64,000 bases of DNA from a virus, in the IMG/VR virus record IMGVR_UViG_3300042516_005631, positions 31,455 to 95,454 of that record, one strand, 5' to 3'. A program made the translations under genes and the position numbers. Of the stretch, positions 20,267 through 29,640 are shown in pieces. Under the pieces are notes generated by a model. It worked only from the letters and a program-made list of their open reading frames with translations. It was not told where the DNA came from and made no database searches. Position 1 is the first letter of the stretch, and every line of letters begins with the position of its first letter.

Positions 20267-20593
20267 TTAAATTAACTCTTCCTGTTTTAAAGCAAATTGT
20301 TTCAATTCTTCTAGTTTATTATTTAATAATTCAATCATTTCAAGTTCACTTCCTCCAAAATAAAATACTCTACTCTTCATTCCTGGTACTTTCATTTCAA
20401 AACAATTATACAATCCTTTAGCTAATCCTCTTCTAAGCATATCAGCATACTTCTTATTTGCTTCCCCTCCTTTACTCTTTCTATAATAACCAAATACTTC
20501 CTTTTGAATTTGTCCTTCAGTAGCTATAACTGTTAAATCTAAAAATTCTACTATTTGCTTTACACTGTTTTGTTTTCTTCCTTTAAACCCCAT
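20267..20593 (-). CDS. Hypothetical cassette protein (possible winged-helix)
   Basis: 108-aa ORF behind the class A motif at 20620. Confidence 0.6.
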   Translation of the reverse strand: MGFKGRKQNSVKQIVEFLDLTVIATEGQIQKEVFGYYRKSKGGEANKKYADMLRRGLAKGLYNCFEMKVPGMKSRVFYFGGSELEMIELLNNKLEELKQFALKQEELI

Positions 20594-20653
20594 TTTCTTA
20601 TCTTTTTTAATTATACTTCAATATACGAATTATTTATTAATTAATTTAGTCCT

Positions 20654-20760
20654 TTAATTTCTAAATAAAATACTTACAATTTTCTCATCTTCAACATTCA
20701 ATTCTTTCACATCTAAAGTTTGATAAAAGAATGTATCTTCATCTAAGTCATTATCACTTA
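20654..20760 (-). pseudogene. Start-less 3' gene fragment fused to a class A -10 box
   Basis: Open frame SDNDLDEDTFFYQTLDVKELNVEDEKIVSILFRN*, with no in-frame ATG, no A-rich leader, and an in-frame TGA just upstream inside the promoter. Confidence 0.5.
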
Positions 20761-20796
20761 AATATACGATTCAATACTAAATTAATTTACTCCTAA

Positions 20797-20952
20797 TTAA
20801 AACCCAATTAAATCAATTGCTATTTCTCCTGTACTTTTACCATTATAGGTAATCTCATAATTTGGGTCCATCCCGGAAATCATAATATGGGCGATAAGAT
20901 CCCCAATCGTTTTAAACTCTACCTCGTAATAATCACAATTTAAACTATACAT
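20797..20952 (-). CDS. 51-aa protein, paralog of 22847-23002 (not in track)
   Basis: MYSLNCDYYEVEFKTIGDLIAHIMISGMDPNYEITYNGKSTGEIAIDLIGF. Confidence 0.75.
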   Translation of the reverse strand: MYSLNCDYYEVEFKTIGDLIAHIMISGMDPNYEITYNGKSTGEIAIDLIGF

Positions 20953-21015
20953 AATTTATCATTTTTTAATTATACTTTAATATACGAATTATTTATTAAT
21001 TTTACTATTCCTAAC

Positions 21016-21216
21016 TCAACAAAACTTATCTAATAAACCCTTATTCTCTAATTTAATTAAACAATTATTAACATTATAAGGATTCTTTCTTTTATAATTT
21101 TTCAACTCATCATTTACTAAATCCAAAAACTCCTTTTCATCATCCTCACTTACAAAATCAACTTCATCATATTCATTAATAAACAAATTTAACTCTTTAA
21201 TACTTTCAAATTTCAT
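21016..21216 (-). CDS. Acidic 66-aa cassette protein; only 2 C in the CDS
   Basis: Behind the class A motif at 21241; both cytosines are in the single Pro codon. Confidence 0.7.
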   Translation of the reverse strand: MKFESIKELNLFINEYDEVDFVSEDDEKEFLDLVNDELKNYKRKNPYNVNNCLIKLENKGLLDKFC

Positions 21217-21272
21217 ATCTTATCTTTTTAATTATACTGAAATATACGAACTTAATTTTAACTCTGTTATTC

Positions 21273-21467
21273 CTATTTTAAATTAATAATTAAATCAAAT
21301 AATAAATCCTCTAAACTATCATCACCCTTCCAACCTCTCTTATACAAATAATACTCCTTTACATCTTCTAAAGTTTCTAATTTATCAATATCTTTTTTTA
21401 CCTCTAAAGCAAAATCCTCAAAACTCACTTCACATTCAAATTCAAATACTTTTTCTGTTAATGTCAT
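21273..21467 (-). CDS. Acidic 64-aa cassette protein
   Basis: Behind the class A motif at 21492. Confidence 0.7.
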   Translation of the reverse strand: MTLTEKVFEFECEVSFEDFALEVKKDIDKLETLEDVKEYYLYKRGWKGDDSLEDLLFDLIINLK

Positions 21468-21528
21468 CTTTTATTTTTTTAATTATACATCAATATACGA
21501 ATCTTAATTTAATTAACTTAGTCCTGAA

Positions 21529-21732
21529 TTAACTAAATGATTCAATCAAATCAGTTGCAATGTAAACGTCTCTACAAATCAATTCTTCAAATGAAAATAC
21601 CCCTACTGTACCAAATGCTAATTTTACTTGTGCGTCCCATAATTTGTAATTTGTAGTACGCTTTAAACGCTGTTCAATACCTTTTAATTTAATCGTTAAT
21701 TCTAATTTTTCTTTGTTGCTTAATCTGCTCAT
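21529..21732 (-). CDS. 67-aa cassette protein
   Basis: Behind the class A motif at 21755. Confidence 0.65.
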   Translation of the reverse strand: MSRLSNKEKLELTIKLKGIEQRLKRTTNYKLWDAQVKLAFGTVGVFSFEELICRDVYIATDLIESFS

Positions 21733-21772
21733 ATGTCTTTTTTAATTATACCTGAATATACGAATTATATTT

Positions 21773-21886
21773 TTACTCTACTATTCCTAAAATTAAACTT
21801 AATATATATAAAACAATTAAAGGCATTGCAATTGGGAATACTACTTTACCAAATAAATCATTTAAACCCTTGTTTCTCTTTTTCAT
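21773..21886 (-). CDS. 37-aa single-TM peptide (not in track)
   Basis: MKKRNKGLNDLFGKVVFPIAMPLIVLYILSLILGIVE. Confidence 0.5.
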   Translation of the reverse strand: MKKRNKGLNDLFGKVVFPIAMPLIVLYILSLILGIVE

Positions 21887-21889
21887 ATC

Positions 21890-22015
21890 TTAATTCCATC
21901 TAATTACACAATCATCAAATTCTAGTATTTCTAATAGGTTTGAATTTAAAATAATTCCAACAGCCATCTCTTGTTTGATTAATAATCTCAATAATTTAAT
22001 TTCTGCTTTTGTCAT
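21890..22015 (-). CDS. 41-aa cassette protein (not in track)
   Basis: MTKAEIKLLRLLIKQEMAVGIILNSNLLEILEFDDCVIRWN; behind the class A motif at 22040. Confidence 0.55.
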   Translation of the reverse strand: MTKAEIKLLRLLIKQEMAVGIILNSNLLEILEFDDCVIRWN

Positions 22016-22384
22016 AACGTTTCTTTTTAATTATACTTTAATATACGAATCAATTTTTAAAGACACTAGTCCTTAATTAAGCAGTAAGGTGGCCTGCAAT
22101 TTATTGCAAGCTTTTCTTTTATTTTAACAAACGTTCCATCACAGGTCATTCTGATGGGCTTATCCTGGGTATGTTTTGTTGTAGGAGAACATCCAAACTC
22201 ATTCATTTACCAACACGAATACGCTATTTTCCGCCATGTTTTGTAGGTCCTGGGGATATTTCTGTGTCCTAATGCTGTTGCTATCCGTTACCCGTTTCCA
22301 TTATGGAGAATACATTGTATTCAGTAATACATATGTGAAGGTAATGCCTTTTTATTGCTTTTCCAACTATTTTTTTAATTTCTT

Positions 22385-22846
22385 TTACCCCCCTCTCCCC
22401 CAAGGGGGACGGGGGAGTCGCATTTTTTGTATATATTTTTGGAAAGAACGTAAAGGGGACGTGGCGATGTGGGGAAGGGTTAGACCCTAACATTCCCTAA
22501 CACACCCTTAGTGACCTATATTTTCCACATACTATTTTAATTAATTTTCATTTCATTTGATAATTGACGTTTTGTGGTGATTGACATCCTTTCGGTAATT
22601 TCTGTTATTTATTGACGTTTTTCGTTCCGTGACGATTTTCATTGGTAATTTTTATTTTATGATAATTTCCGTTTTGTGGTGATTTTCATTGACGATTTTC
22701 ATTCCCCATGTTGATTTTCATTCCACATAAACTAATCTAAACATTAGTTTAGCTTACATGTTAATTTCTATTCCTTGCGTTTATCTGTTGGTGATTTCTA
22801 TCTTTGACGATTTCCTTGATAATTGACGTTCCTCGTTTTATACACG
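22385..22846. repeat. Iteron-like array (about 17 TG[AGT]YRATT-type units) with a GC hairpin and an AT-rich tract; candidate replication origin
   Basis: tgataatt, tgacgatt, tggtgatt and tggtaatt repeated across 22558-22831. C-run/G-run hairpin at 22389-22417, ccctaa-like x3 at 22485-22510, AT tract at 22533-22558. Confidence 0.5.
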
Positions 22847-23002
22847 TTAAAATCCAATTAATTCAATTAACATTTCCCCTGTTAATTTTCCATTTCTAGT
22901 TATTTCATAATTAGGATCCATTCCTACTTGCATCGCATAATTAATCAATTCATCTATTGAACTAAACTCCTCTACAAAATAATTACAATTTAAACTATAC
23001 AT
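22847..23002 (-). CDS. 51-aa protein, paralog of 20797-20952 (not in track)
   Basis: MYSLNCNYFVEEFSSIDELINYAMQVGMDPNYEITRNGKLTGEMLIELIGF. Confidence 0.75.
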   Translation of the reverse strand: MYSLNCNYFVEEFSSIDELINYAMQVGMDPNYEITRNGKLTGEMLIELIGF

Positions 23003-23054
23003 TTTTTTCTTTTTTTATTTATATCCTGAATATACGATCTCTATTTTATGTTTC

Positions 23055-23255
23055 TTAGTCCTCTAAATCTTCTATAAATTTAGTTTTGGTAAGTATTTCT
23101 GTTCCCCATTCAATGTCATCATCCACTTCCTCACCTTCACCACGTTCTTCTCCTTCTATTATTTTCAATTCTGCTTCTTCTTGTGAATTAGCTTCAACAA
23201 TATATTGTATTGTTTTAGTTGATTTTACTTCTGTTGTAATTCTAAATACTTTCAT
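23055..23255 (-). CDS. Acidic small protein, paralog of 23493-23681
   Basis: Shared FR..TEV....TI.Y..EA.S.EEA...WG.E pattern. Confidence 0.7.
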   Translation of the reverse strand: MKVFRITTEVKSTKTIQYIVEANSQEEAELKIIEGEERGEGEEVDDDIEWGTEILTKTKFIEDLED

Positions 23256-23264
23256 TTTTTTTTC

Positions 23265-23444
23265 TTAATTATATCGTTGCATAATAATATCAGCAAATGC
23301 ATAAAACTGATCAAAATCATCCTCTCTCATTAATGTTACTGCACTTTGAAATTCTAATATAAATGCTTCTCGTTTTGGTGAATTATCAACCAATTCAATA
23401 TCATCTGCTAAGTGTTCAATTTGTTCAAACATTTTTTCTTTCAT
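23265..23444 (-). CDS. 59-aa cassette protein (not in track)
   Basis: Begins MKEKMFEQIEHLADDIELVDNSPKREAF; behind the class A motif at 23473. Confidence 0.6.
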   Translation of the reverse strand: MKEKMFEQIEHLADDIELVDNSPKREAFILEFQSAVTLMREDDFDQFYAFADIIMQRYN

Positions 23445-23492
23445 AACTTTTTTCTCTCTTTATTTATACCGTAATATACGAAATTTATTTTA

Positions 23493-23681
23493 CTAATCTA
23501 TTTCCTCTTCTACAGTAATTACTTCACTTCCCCAATCATATTGTTCATCAAATGTTATTCCATCACATCGGTGTTCTCCGTTTTGTAATTGTTCAAGTGC
23601 TTCCTCTAGTGAATCCGCTTCAATAAGATATTCTATTGTTGCTTTTACTTGTACCTCTGTTTCAAATCTGAATTGTCCCAT
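23493..23681 (-). CDS. Acidic small protein, paralog of 23055-23255
   Basis: Same shared pattern as 23055-23255. Confidence 0.7.
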   Translation of the reverse strand: MGQFRFETEVQVKATIEYLIEADSLEEALEQLQNGEHRCDGITFDEQYDWGSEVITVEEEID

Positions 23682-23682
23682 T

Positions 23683-23979
23683 TTATCTACTTGTTACTGA
23701 TTCGATTACTTCTGTTCCTGAATTGATCATTGCTATTACTCCACCCCACATATTTTCATCTGCTTCCCATTCTACTTCGTGTTTTGCATGTTTCATTTGC
23801 CAATTACTTATTGAAAATCCCATTCCATCTATTTTAAAATCACCTTCACTATTTTTCTTAAATCTTAAATAATGAACATTATCACACATACATGATACTG
23901 TTTTGAATATGACCTCTCTAGCTCCTTCTTTAATAGTTAATTTAGGTTGGTTTAATCTTAATTCTCTGTATTTACTCAT
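23683..23979 (-). CDS. Hypothetical cassette protein (CMC motif)
   Basis: Behind the class A motif at 24014. Confidence 0.65.
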   Translation of the reverse strand: MSKYRELRLNQPKLTIKEGAREVIFKTVSCMCDNVHYLRFKKNSEGDFKIDGMGFSISNWQMKHAKHEVEWEADENMWGGVIAMINSGTEVIESVTSR

Positions 23980-24285
23980 AACTTTTTATTTTTTCTTTTT
24001 TTATTTATACTGTAATATACGAACTTTATTTTAAATCTCTATTTCCCTAAAATTTCATCTAAATTTTCTTTAATATATTCCTTTACATCACTATACTCAA
24101 ATCCATCATTTAACATTTGATCTGCTATTTCATTAATAGCTGTTGTTAATTGTACTGCTGATTCGAATGTTAATAGATTTTCAATTCGTTCTCTTTTTTC
24201 AAAATTCATGTCTTTCTTTTTTATTTACTGAAATATACGAAAGCCCCTTTAATTTGGGGCTTCCTTTACTAAATTTTATTTTAAT

Positions 24286-24633
24286 TTATTCCTCTGTTGA
24301 ATTTTCATCTTCAATGTCATCTTCTTCCTCAACCATAAATTCATCAAGTACTGCATTTACATGTTCCATTATTTCATAAACATTAACATCTATATCAGTT
24401 ACTCGAATAGTATTATTGTAATCTAATTCCAATTCTACACTATCTAGATCAACTAAACCACGACTATTATTATCCATTACTAACTCAATTTTGTTAGATA
24501 TTTTATCTACTAGTTTTGGGGTAAGTCCTCCTGTCTCAATTTGTTTAATCAATTCAATTACTTTATCAATATCAACTGTTGATGATAATACTTTTGCTGT
24601 TTCTAGTTGTTCAATTAAATGTTCTTTTTTCAT
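24286..24633 (-). CDS. Hypothetical acidic cassette protein
   Basis: Behind the class A motif at 24660. Confidence 0.65.
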   Translation of the reverse strand: MKKEHLIEQLETAKVLSSTVDIDKVIELIKQIETGGLTPKLVDKISNKIELVMDNNSRGLVDLDSVELELDYNNTIRVTDIDVNVYEIMEHVNAVLDEFMVEEEDDIEDENSTEE

Positions 24634-24676
24634 ATCTTTTTCTTTTTTTATTTGAGTGAAATATACGAAAGCCCTT

Positions 24677-24919
24677 TTAAATAAGGGCTTCCTTTTTTGT
24701 TTTCTCTACTATAAAAGAAATTGCTCTTTGGTTTTCTGGTAATGTATTATCTGGTTTAATTCCCAAATCTTCCATTAACCCGTTTATTTTAGCCCAATCT
24801 GATACTGAACGTAGTGTAATGTTATTATCTTTTCCAAATAGACTTTCATCTACTTTAATTTGTAAAAATAATTCTGCTTCTTTTTGTTGAATTACTTCAA
24901 TCATTTGTTTTTTTGTCAT
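24677..24919 (-). CDS. Hypothetical cassette protein
   Basis: Behind the class A motif at 24936. Confidence 0.65.
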   Translation of the reverse strand: MTKKQMIEVIQQKEAELFLQIKVDESLFGKDNNITLRSVSDWAKINGLMEDLGIKPDNTLPENQRAISFIVEKTKKEALI

Positions 24920-25262
24920 AACCTTTATTTTCTTTAATATACGAACTTAAATTGGATAACCTATGTCCCTTGCTCCAAAATCTAGCTCTTCCATTTGAGC
25001 TAGTATTGCTAATGCTTCCTCGTCACTCATTTGTTTAGTTTCATTTTTAACTTTAAATCACTAATTGTCATTTCAACAAAACCAGCAGTCATTATTGGTG
25101 TTTTTCCACTTTGCTCTACTTTTTCAATTTCAGCGATCATATCTGCTTGTACTTTGTCTAATCCATCATTGATTAGAAACTTCTCAAAACCATTTAATTT
25201 GCTCATAACTTTTATTTCTTTTTTTATTTATACTGTAATATACGAAATTTCTATTAAATCTC

Positions 25263-25493
25263 CTATGCCCTCATTACTAAATTTAAGGGCACATTAAAAC
25301 CGTCCGGATCAATTACAGGTACAAATTCACCTTCATCTTCATCCATCACGTATTCAATATCTAACCAATCTGTAACATCACAATCTTCATTATTTATTAC
25401 TAGTTTTGCTGCTTCACCACAATCTGAGAGTATAACACCATAACCACAACAATTTGAATATGTGTAATAACCATGGATTTTTTCTTTTAACAT
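25263..25493 (-). CDS. Hypothetical cassette protein
   Basis: Behind the class A motif at 25518. Confidence 0.65.
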   Translation of the reverse strand: MLKEKIHGYYTYSNCCGYGVILSDCGEAAKLVINNEDCDVTDWLDIEYVMDEDEGEFVPVIDPDGFNVPLNLVMRA

Positions 25494-25534
25494 AACCTTT
25501 ATTTCTTTTTATACTTTAATATACGAAATCTATT

Positions 25535-25912
25535 TTAATCTTCTTCGTCCTCTATTTCAAACGTTTTATTTTTTAATTCTACTTTAAGTGCGTCCAATTC
25601 TTCTTTTAATCGTTCAATAAACGATTCTTCTCCATCATCACCTGCCAATAACCAATCTATACGTTGAGCATATATTTCTGCTTTGCGGAGCATTTCATAG
25701 CCTTTTTTAAATTCCTCTATAATTTCATCTGAGTATTTGTAGTGGTTTAGGTCCTCTGGGTATTTTTCGTACCATTCTCTATCTCTGTAATAGCCTTCTT
25801 CTTTTAATTCACGTGGTGTTTTTGGTCTACCACTTCTAGCTATTTCTTGTTCAATATCATCAGCTATGTATCTGATTTTGTATTGGTTGTAATCAAATGT
25901 TCCTCCACTCAT
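25535..25912 (-). CDS. Conserved phage protein (MSGG.FDY...RIDWLL.GDDGEESF)
   Basis: Motif seen; behind the class A motif at 25932. Confidence 0.7.
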   Translation of the reverse strand: MSGGTFDYNQYKIRYIADDIEQEIARSGRPKTPRELKEEGYYRDREWYEKYPEDLNHYKYSDEIIEEFKKGYEMLRKAEIYAQRIDWLLAGDDGEESFIERLKEELDALKVELKNKTFEIEDEED

Positions 25913-25948
25913 AATTTTCTTAATTTATTTTAATATACGAAATTTATT

Positions 25949-26356
25949 TTAATAACCTTCGTCCTTTACTATCCAACCTTTATCAATCAAATGACCAATA
26001 AACCCTCTAAATTCAGCTATGCCTTGTTCATCTAACATTTCCTCTGCTTCCGGCATACTTTCAGGATTTCCTTCATAAACACCTATAAACCATCTAGGAT
26101 TATCTGAATTATCTTTTTTCCAATCATCTCTATTTGCAGGGCGTTTATCTGTTATTTCAACCCAGGAATCAGCATAAATATCTGTTAAATCTTTTGCTTC
26201 GTCTTTCAATATAACTGTTGCTTCAAAACACCATTCATCTGATTCCCAAGTACAACTTAAACTATTTGTAACATCTCTTGGTTTGATTTCCACTATTGGT
26301 AATGTAGATGTTTCTCTAACATACCATACTCCGTCTACTTGTATTCTATCTTTCAT
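25949..26356 (-). CDS. Cassette protein, paralog of 30000-30389
   Basis: Shared RIQV.GVWYVRET, WES..WCF.ATVI and ITDKRPA.R.DW. Confidence 0.75.
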   Translation of the reverse strand: MKDRIQVDGVWYVRETSTLPIVEIKPRDVTNSLSCTWESDEWCFEATVILKDEAKDLTDIYADSWVEITDKRPANRDDWKKDNSDNPRWFIGVYEGNPESMPEAEEMLDEQGIAEFRGFIGHLIDKGWIVKDEGY

Positions 26357-26392
26357 TTTCTTTTTAATTTATTGGAATATACGAAAAGGGTA

Positions 26393-26776
26393 TTAAATAC
26401 CCTCTTCCTCTAATTCTTCTACTAAAATATCTACTGTTGAACGTCCTAATTTATTTACTAACCAAATACCACCTATAGTTAAACAATAAATATATTCTAT
26501 TCCACTTTCAAACCCATAATCAAACAAATCTGGTACATTTGGAAATGTTTTGAAATGTAAATCTTCTCCTCTATCACGATGATATGCTATTGTCCATAAG
26601 ATTGATTCCCCTAACGCTGAGATATCCCCTAGTTCCATTAGTTTTTCGGTTTTTTCTCTATCGTAGTGGTTAAATAATTTTTTACCTACTCCATCTAAAT
26701 AACCATCAAAATGACAATAAATTGATGTTACTGTTCCGTCTTGATTTTCAATTGCTATTCTACTTCTTGTTGCCAT
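26393..26776 (-). CDS. Conserved phage protein (M.TRS.I...SIYCHFDGY family)
   Basis: MATRSRIA...IYCHFDGYLDGVG...GDISAL...AYHRDRGE...EYIY. Confidence 0.7.
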   Translation of the reverse strand: MATRSRIAIENQDGTVTSIYCHFDGYLDGVGKKLFNHYDREKTEKLMELGDISALGESILWTIAYHRDRGEDLHFKTFPNVPDLFDYGFESGIEYIYCLTIGGIWLVNKLGRSTVDILVEELEEEGI

Positions 26777-26834
26777 AATTTTTCTCTTTATTTATACTGT
26801 AATATACGAAATTTCTTTAATATCTTCTATTCCT

Positions 26835-27215
26835 CTATTTTTTATCAATTATCACTTCAACTTTAATTTCTCCATCTACAAAACGACTAACCTGAAAGTA
26901 TTCTACTTCATCCATTGCTTTAATGTCTTTCTTTAATTTGTTTAAAGTTGTTTTATTTTTAATTGAGCCACAACTAAATGCAGGTGAATCAAAATACTTG
27001 ATTCGATATGCTCCATACGGGTTTGTGTTTTTAACTATTTTCCAATCATCATCAGTCAATAAGTCTAGTCTTTTATTTCTATCTTTAATTGTTGCTGAGT
27101 AGTGGTAGCCACAATTTTGGCAATTTACATATTGTTCTCCTGTTTTGTAATAGAAATCACTAAACGCTTCGTGTTCACAGTTTGGACACTCTATTTCATC
27201 TATAAAACTTCCCAT
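26835..27215 (-). CDS. Zinc-ribbon protein
   Basis: CPNC...CQNC. Confidence 0.65.
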   Translation of the reverse strand: MGSFIDEIECPNCEHEAFSDFYYKTGEQYVNCQNCGYHYSATIKDRNKRLDLLTDDDWKIVKNTNPYGAYRIKYFDSPAFSCGSIKNKTTLNKLKKDIKAMDEVEYFQVSRFVDGEIKVEVIIDKK

Positions 27216-27216
27216 T

Positions 27217-27789
27217 TTAATCTTCTCTTGTAATACTTTCTAAACCAAACAAATAAGCTAATACTGTTTCTTCCATTCCTTCATAACATGTAAGTTCCAT
27301 TGATGTTAATATCTCAGCTACAGTTGATGAATTTTGTACCTTTTCAATAGCTTTCATACAATGGTTAGTGTTAGTTTTGATTGTTTTAATAATATCTTCA
27401 ATTTGATCTACTGTATCGTCGTCAATATCTTGTATTGACATTTTAACATCTTGTAGCATATCAAATTCAAAATCTTCAATATGTCCTTCTAACATATTTA
27501 TAACTCGTTGCTTACCTTCTTTAAAATTAAATTTCATAACTTTCTTATTTTCTTCAAATATACGACCTTCTTTTTGCTGAGAAACTTCCTCTACTTTTGT
27601 AAATTGATGTTCAAAATAACCACCATCTGCTTGTTCACCTGATAATTCATCTCGAATCCATTTTACAAAAACATATTCTTCATCATTCCATCCAATGTAA
27701 TACTCTTCAACTATAGCTGTTGCTCCTTTTTTAGCTGCGTATGTACCTTCTCCTTCAAATTCTACTATGTCTCCTTTTTTAAATTTCAT
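27217..27789 (-). CDS. In-frame fusion of two cassettes: SH3/KOW-like N-terminal part plus a helical part with its own promoter and ATG at 27537
   Basis: Internal class A motif at 27557-27590 and an AAAGTTATG start context inside the ORF. Confidence 0.6.
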   Translation of the reverse strand: MKFKKGDIVEFEGEGTYAAKKGATAIVEEYYIGWNDEEYVFVKWIRDELSGEQADGGYFEHQFTKVEEVSQQKEGRIFEENKKVMKFNFKEGKQRVINMLEGHIEDFEFDMLQDVKMSIQDIDDDTVDQIEDIIKTIKTNTNHCMKAIEKVQNSSTVAEILTSMELTCYEGMEETVLAYLFGLESITRED

Positions 27790-27987
27790 CTTCTAATTTC
27801 TTTTTTATTCCATCCAATATCATATTTACCCCATCATATACTTCATCAATTAGATAAAGGTTAGGATGGTATTCATCTATAAGTTCATTTAATTGAAATA
27901 CAAATGCTTTTAATCGTTCTGGGTTGTTTTCTGCAAATTTATTCATAACTTTTATTTTTTTCTTACTTGAAATATACGAAAGGCTCT

Positions 27988-28749
27988 TTAATTAGAGCCT
28001 TCCTTTTTTACTTGTTTTGAAAATTTATCTAACAATTCCTCTGAATTCATTTTCTCAAATTCAGCATCATATTTTTTATGAAGAATTTCTTTATTTTGAT
28101 ATGTGTTTAATGTAAGCTGAATGTAACTACCTGATTCAAATTTAACTTCAATAACATCAAATGTACCACTATATCTTGAATAGTCACTTTTAACCGTTAT
28201 TGTAGCATTTGGGTACAATTTTGTATACTTTTCAACTGTACTTAGTTTTAAACCGTTTTTCTTTTTATATTCCTCCAACAATTGTTCTTGACGGGAATTG
28301 TATGTTTTTAATTTTTCAAGTAATGTTGCAGGTTTAATGTAGCGATAATTATCTTGAATAGTACTACAATTAACTTTATCTCTTTCAAATTCAATATTGA
28401 ATGTAGAATCAACCAATTCATTTGGTTTTGAATATGTATCAAATTGTTTTCCTTTCAAAAAAATACCCCCACCAATTGCTTTATATGTTATTTCAGCTCT
28501 AAAATCAGTTTTGTTATAGGAATAACCTATTGTTGTTTCATTAGTAACAGTTTCTACTTTAAATGTATTAACAAAATCAACATCTTTAACAAAACCATTG
28601 TTGATAAGCAATTGCTCGCGTTGTTTGTTTATACTCTCATTTGTATTAGCAATATCTTCTCTAATTTTGATAAATTCTGCTATTTTTTGTTCTTGTTCAG
28701 GTGTAAATAATATACCATCAAATAAACTTAATTGAATTCCTTCTTTCAT
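27988..28749 (-). CDS. Hypothetical protein with N-terminal QLSLF clamp-binding-like motif
   Basis: MKEGIQLSLFD; behind the class A motif at 28775. Confidence 0.65.
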   Translation of the reverse strand: MKEGIQLSLFDGILFTPEQEQKIAEFIKIREDIANTNESINKQREQLLINNGFVKDVDFVNTFKVETVTNETTIGYSYNKTDFRAEITYKAIGGGIFLKGKQFDTYSKPNELVDSTFNIEFERDKVNCSTIQDNYRYIKPATLLEKLKTYNSRQEQLLEEYKKKNGLKLSTVEKYTKLYPNATITVKSDYSRYSGTFDVIEVKFESGSYIQLTLNTYQNKEILHKKYDAEFEKMNSEELLDKFSKQVKKEGSN

Positions 28750-29004
28750 AACTTTCTTTTTTTATTTATACTTTAATATACGAAATCTATTTTACTTTTC
28801 TTTGTCCTTCATTAATTCTTCTCCAAAATCAGAATTTTTACACCACAATTCCCACATTGCATTAAACCATGCTGGGCCATCTTCTTCATATGTTAGTCCT
28901 TCAACAGTTGCATGTGTGTTTCTAACCAAAAACGCTGTCCAATTTAATAACCAAGGTTCCATTTTCTTTTAATTTATACTTTAATATACGAAATCTCTTT
29001 TAAA

Positions 29005-29391
29005 TTAACTATTCCTTTTTGCTAATATCTTTTGATATTCTTCTTCACATAAAGTTGTATACCAACCTATATCTGTTCTCAATTGTCCTGGTTTGCCTGT
29101 TACCTCGCATGTTTGGTAGCTTAAATCTTCTGCTTTGCTTATACGCGCATGCATTTCATCTGATGCTTCATTGATATAGAAGCGTAGACCACCAAATTTT
29201 TCCTTTATTTGGCATACTTCTTTGTTCCAACCCAATTCAATCAAATCAGTGATAAGGTCTTTTATTAGTTGATACCAACCTGAATCGCATTCAAAGAATC
29301 CTGCATTCGTTATTGGTTCTCTATTTGAGTACATGCCATTTTCCAACCCACCTATGGATTGTAGAAAATCGTTCATTTCTTGTTCTGTCAT
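29005..29391 (-). CDS. Conserved phage protein (QIKEKFGGLRFY...CEVTG family)
   Basis: Motif seen. Confidence 0.7.
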   Translation of the reverse strand: MTEQEMNDFLQSIGGLENGMYSNREPITNAGFFECDSGWYQLIKDLITDLIELGWNKEVCQIKEKFGGLRFYINEASDEMHARISKAEDLSYQTCEVTGKPGQLRTDIGWYTTLCEEEYQKILAKRNS

Positions 29392-29639
29392 AGTTGTTCT
29401 ATTTCTTGTTTAACTTGTTGCCAACTCGTTAAAGAGCCTGCGATAAGGCCTTTAGCATGTGGGTGTAAATCTTCTGCTACTTCAAGTGATTCTTTTAAGT
29501 CTTTTAATATCTCATCTACTGCAATTAAAGCACATTGTTTAGCTGTTGGATGATAAATTATAGAATAGTCTGCTAACTTCTGTTTTCTTATGTTCATAAA
29601 AGCTTCAACTAGCTCTTCTGCTTTTTCTTTTGGTGTCAT
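29388..29639 (-). CDS. Hypothetical phage protein (MTPKEKA...AKQCALIAVDE family)
   Basis: Start moved to MTPKEKA. Confidence 0.65.
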   Translation of the reverse strand: MTPKEKAEELVEAFMNIRKQKLADYSIIYHPTAKQCALIAVDEILKDLKESLEVAEDLHPHAKGLIAGSLTSWQQVKQEIEQL

Positions 29640-29640
29640 T

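Noticed and set aside
22236-22493. ORFs 22236-22490 (+) and 22281-22493 (-)
   Set aside because: They cross the GC hairpin and G-runs, with no cassette promoter or A-rich leader.
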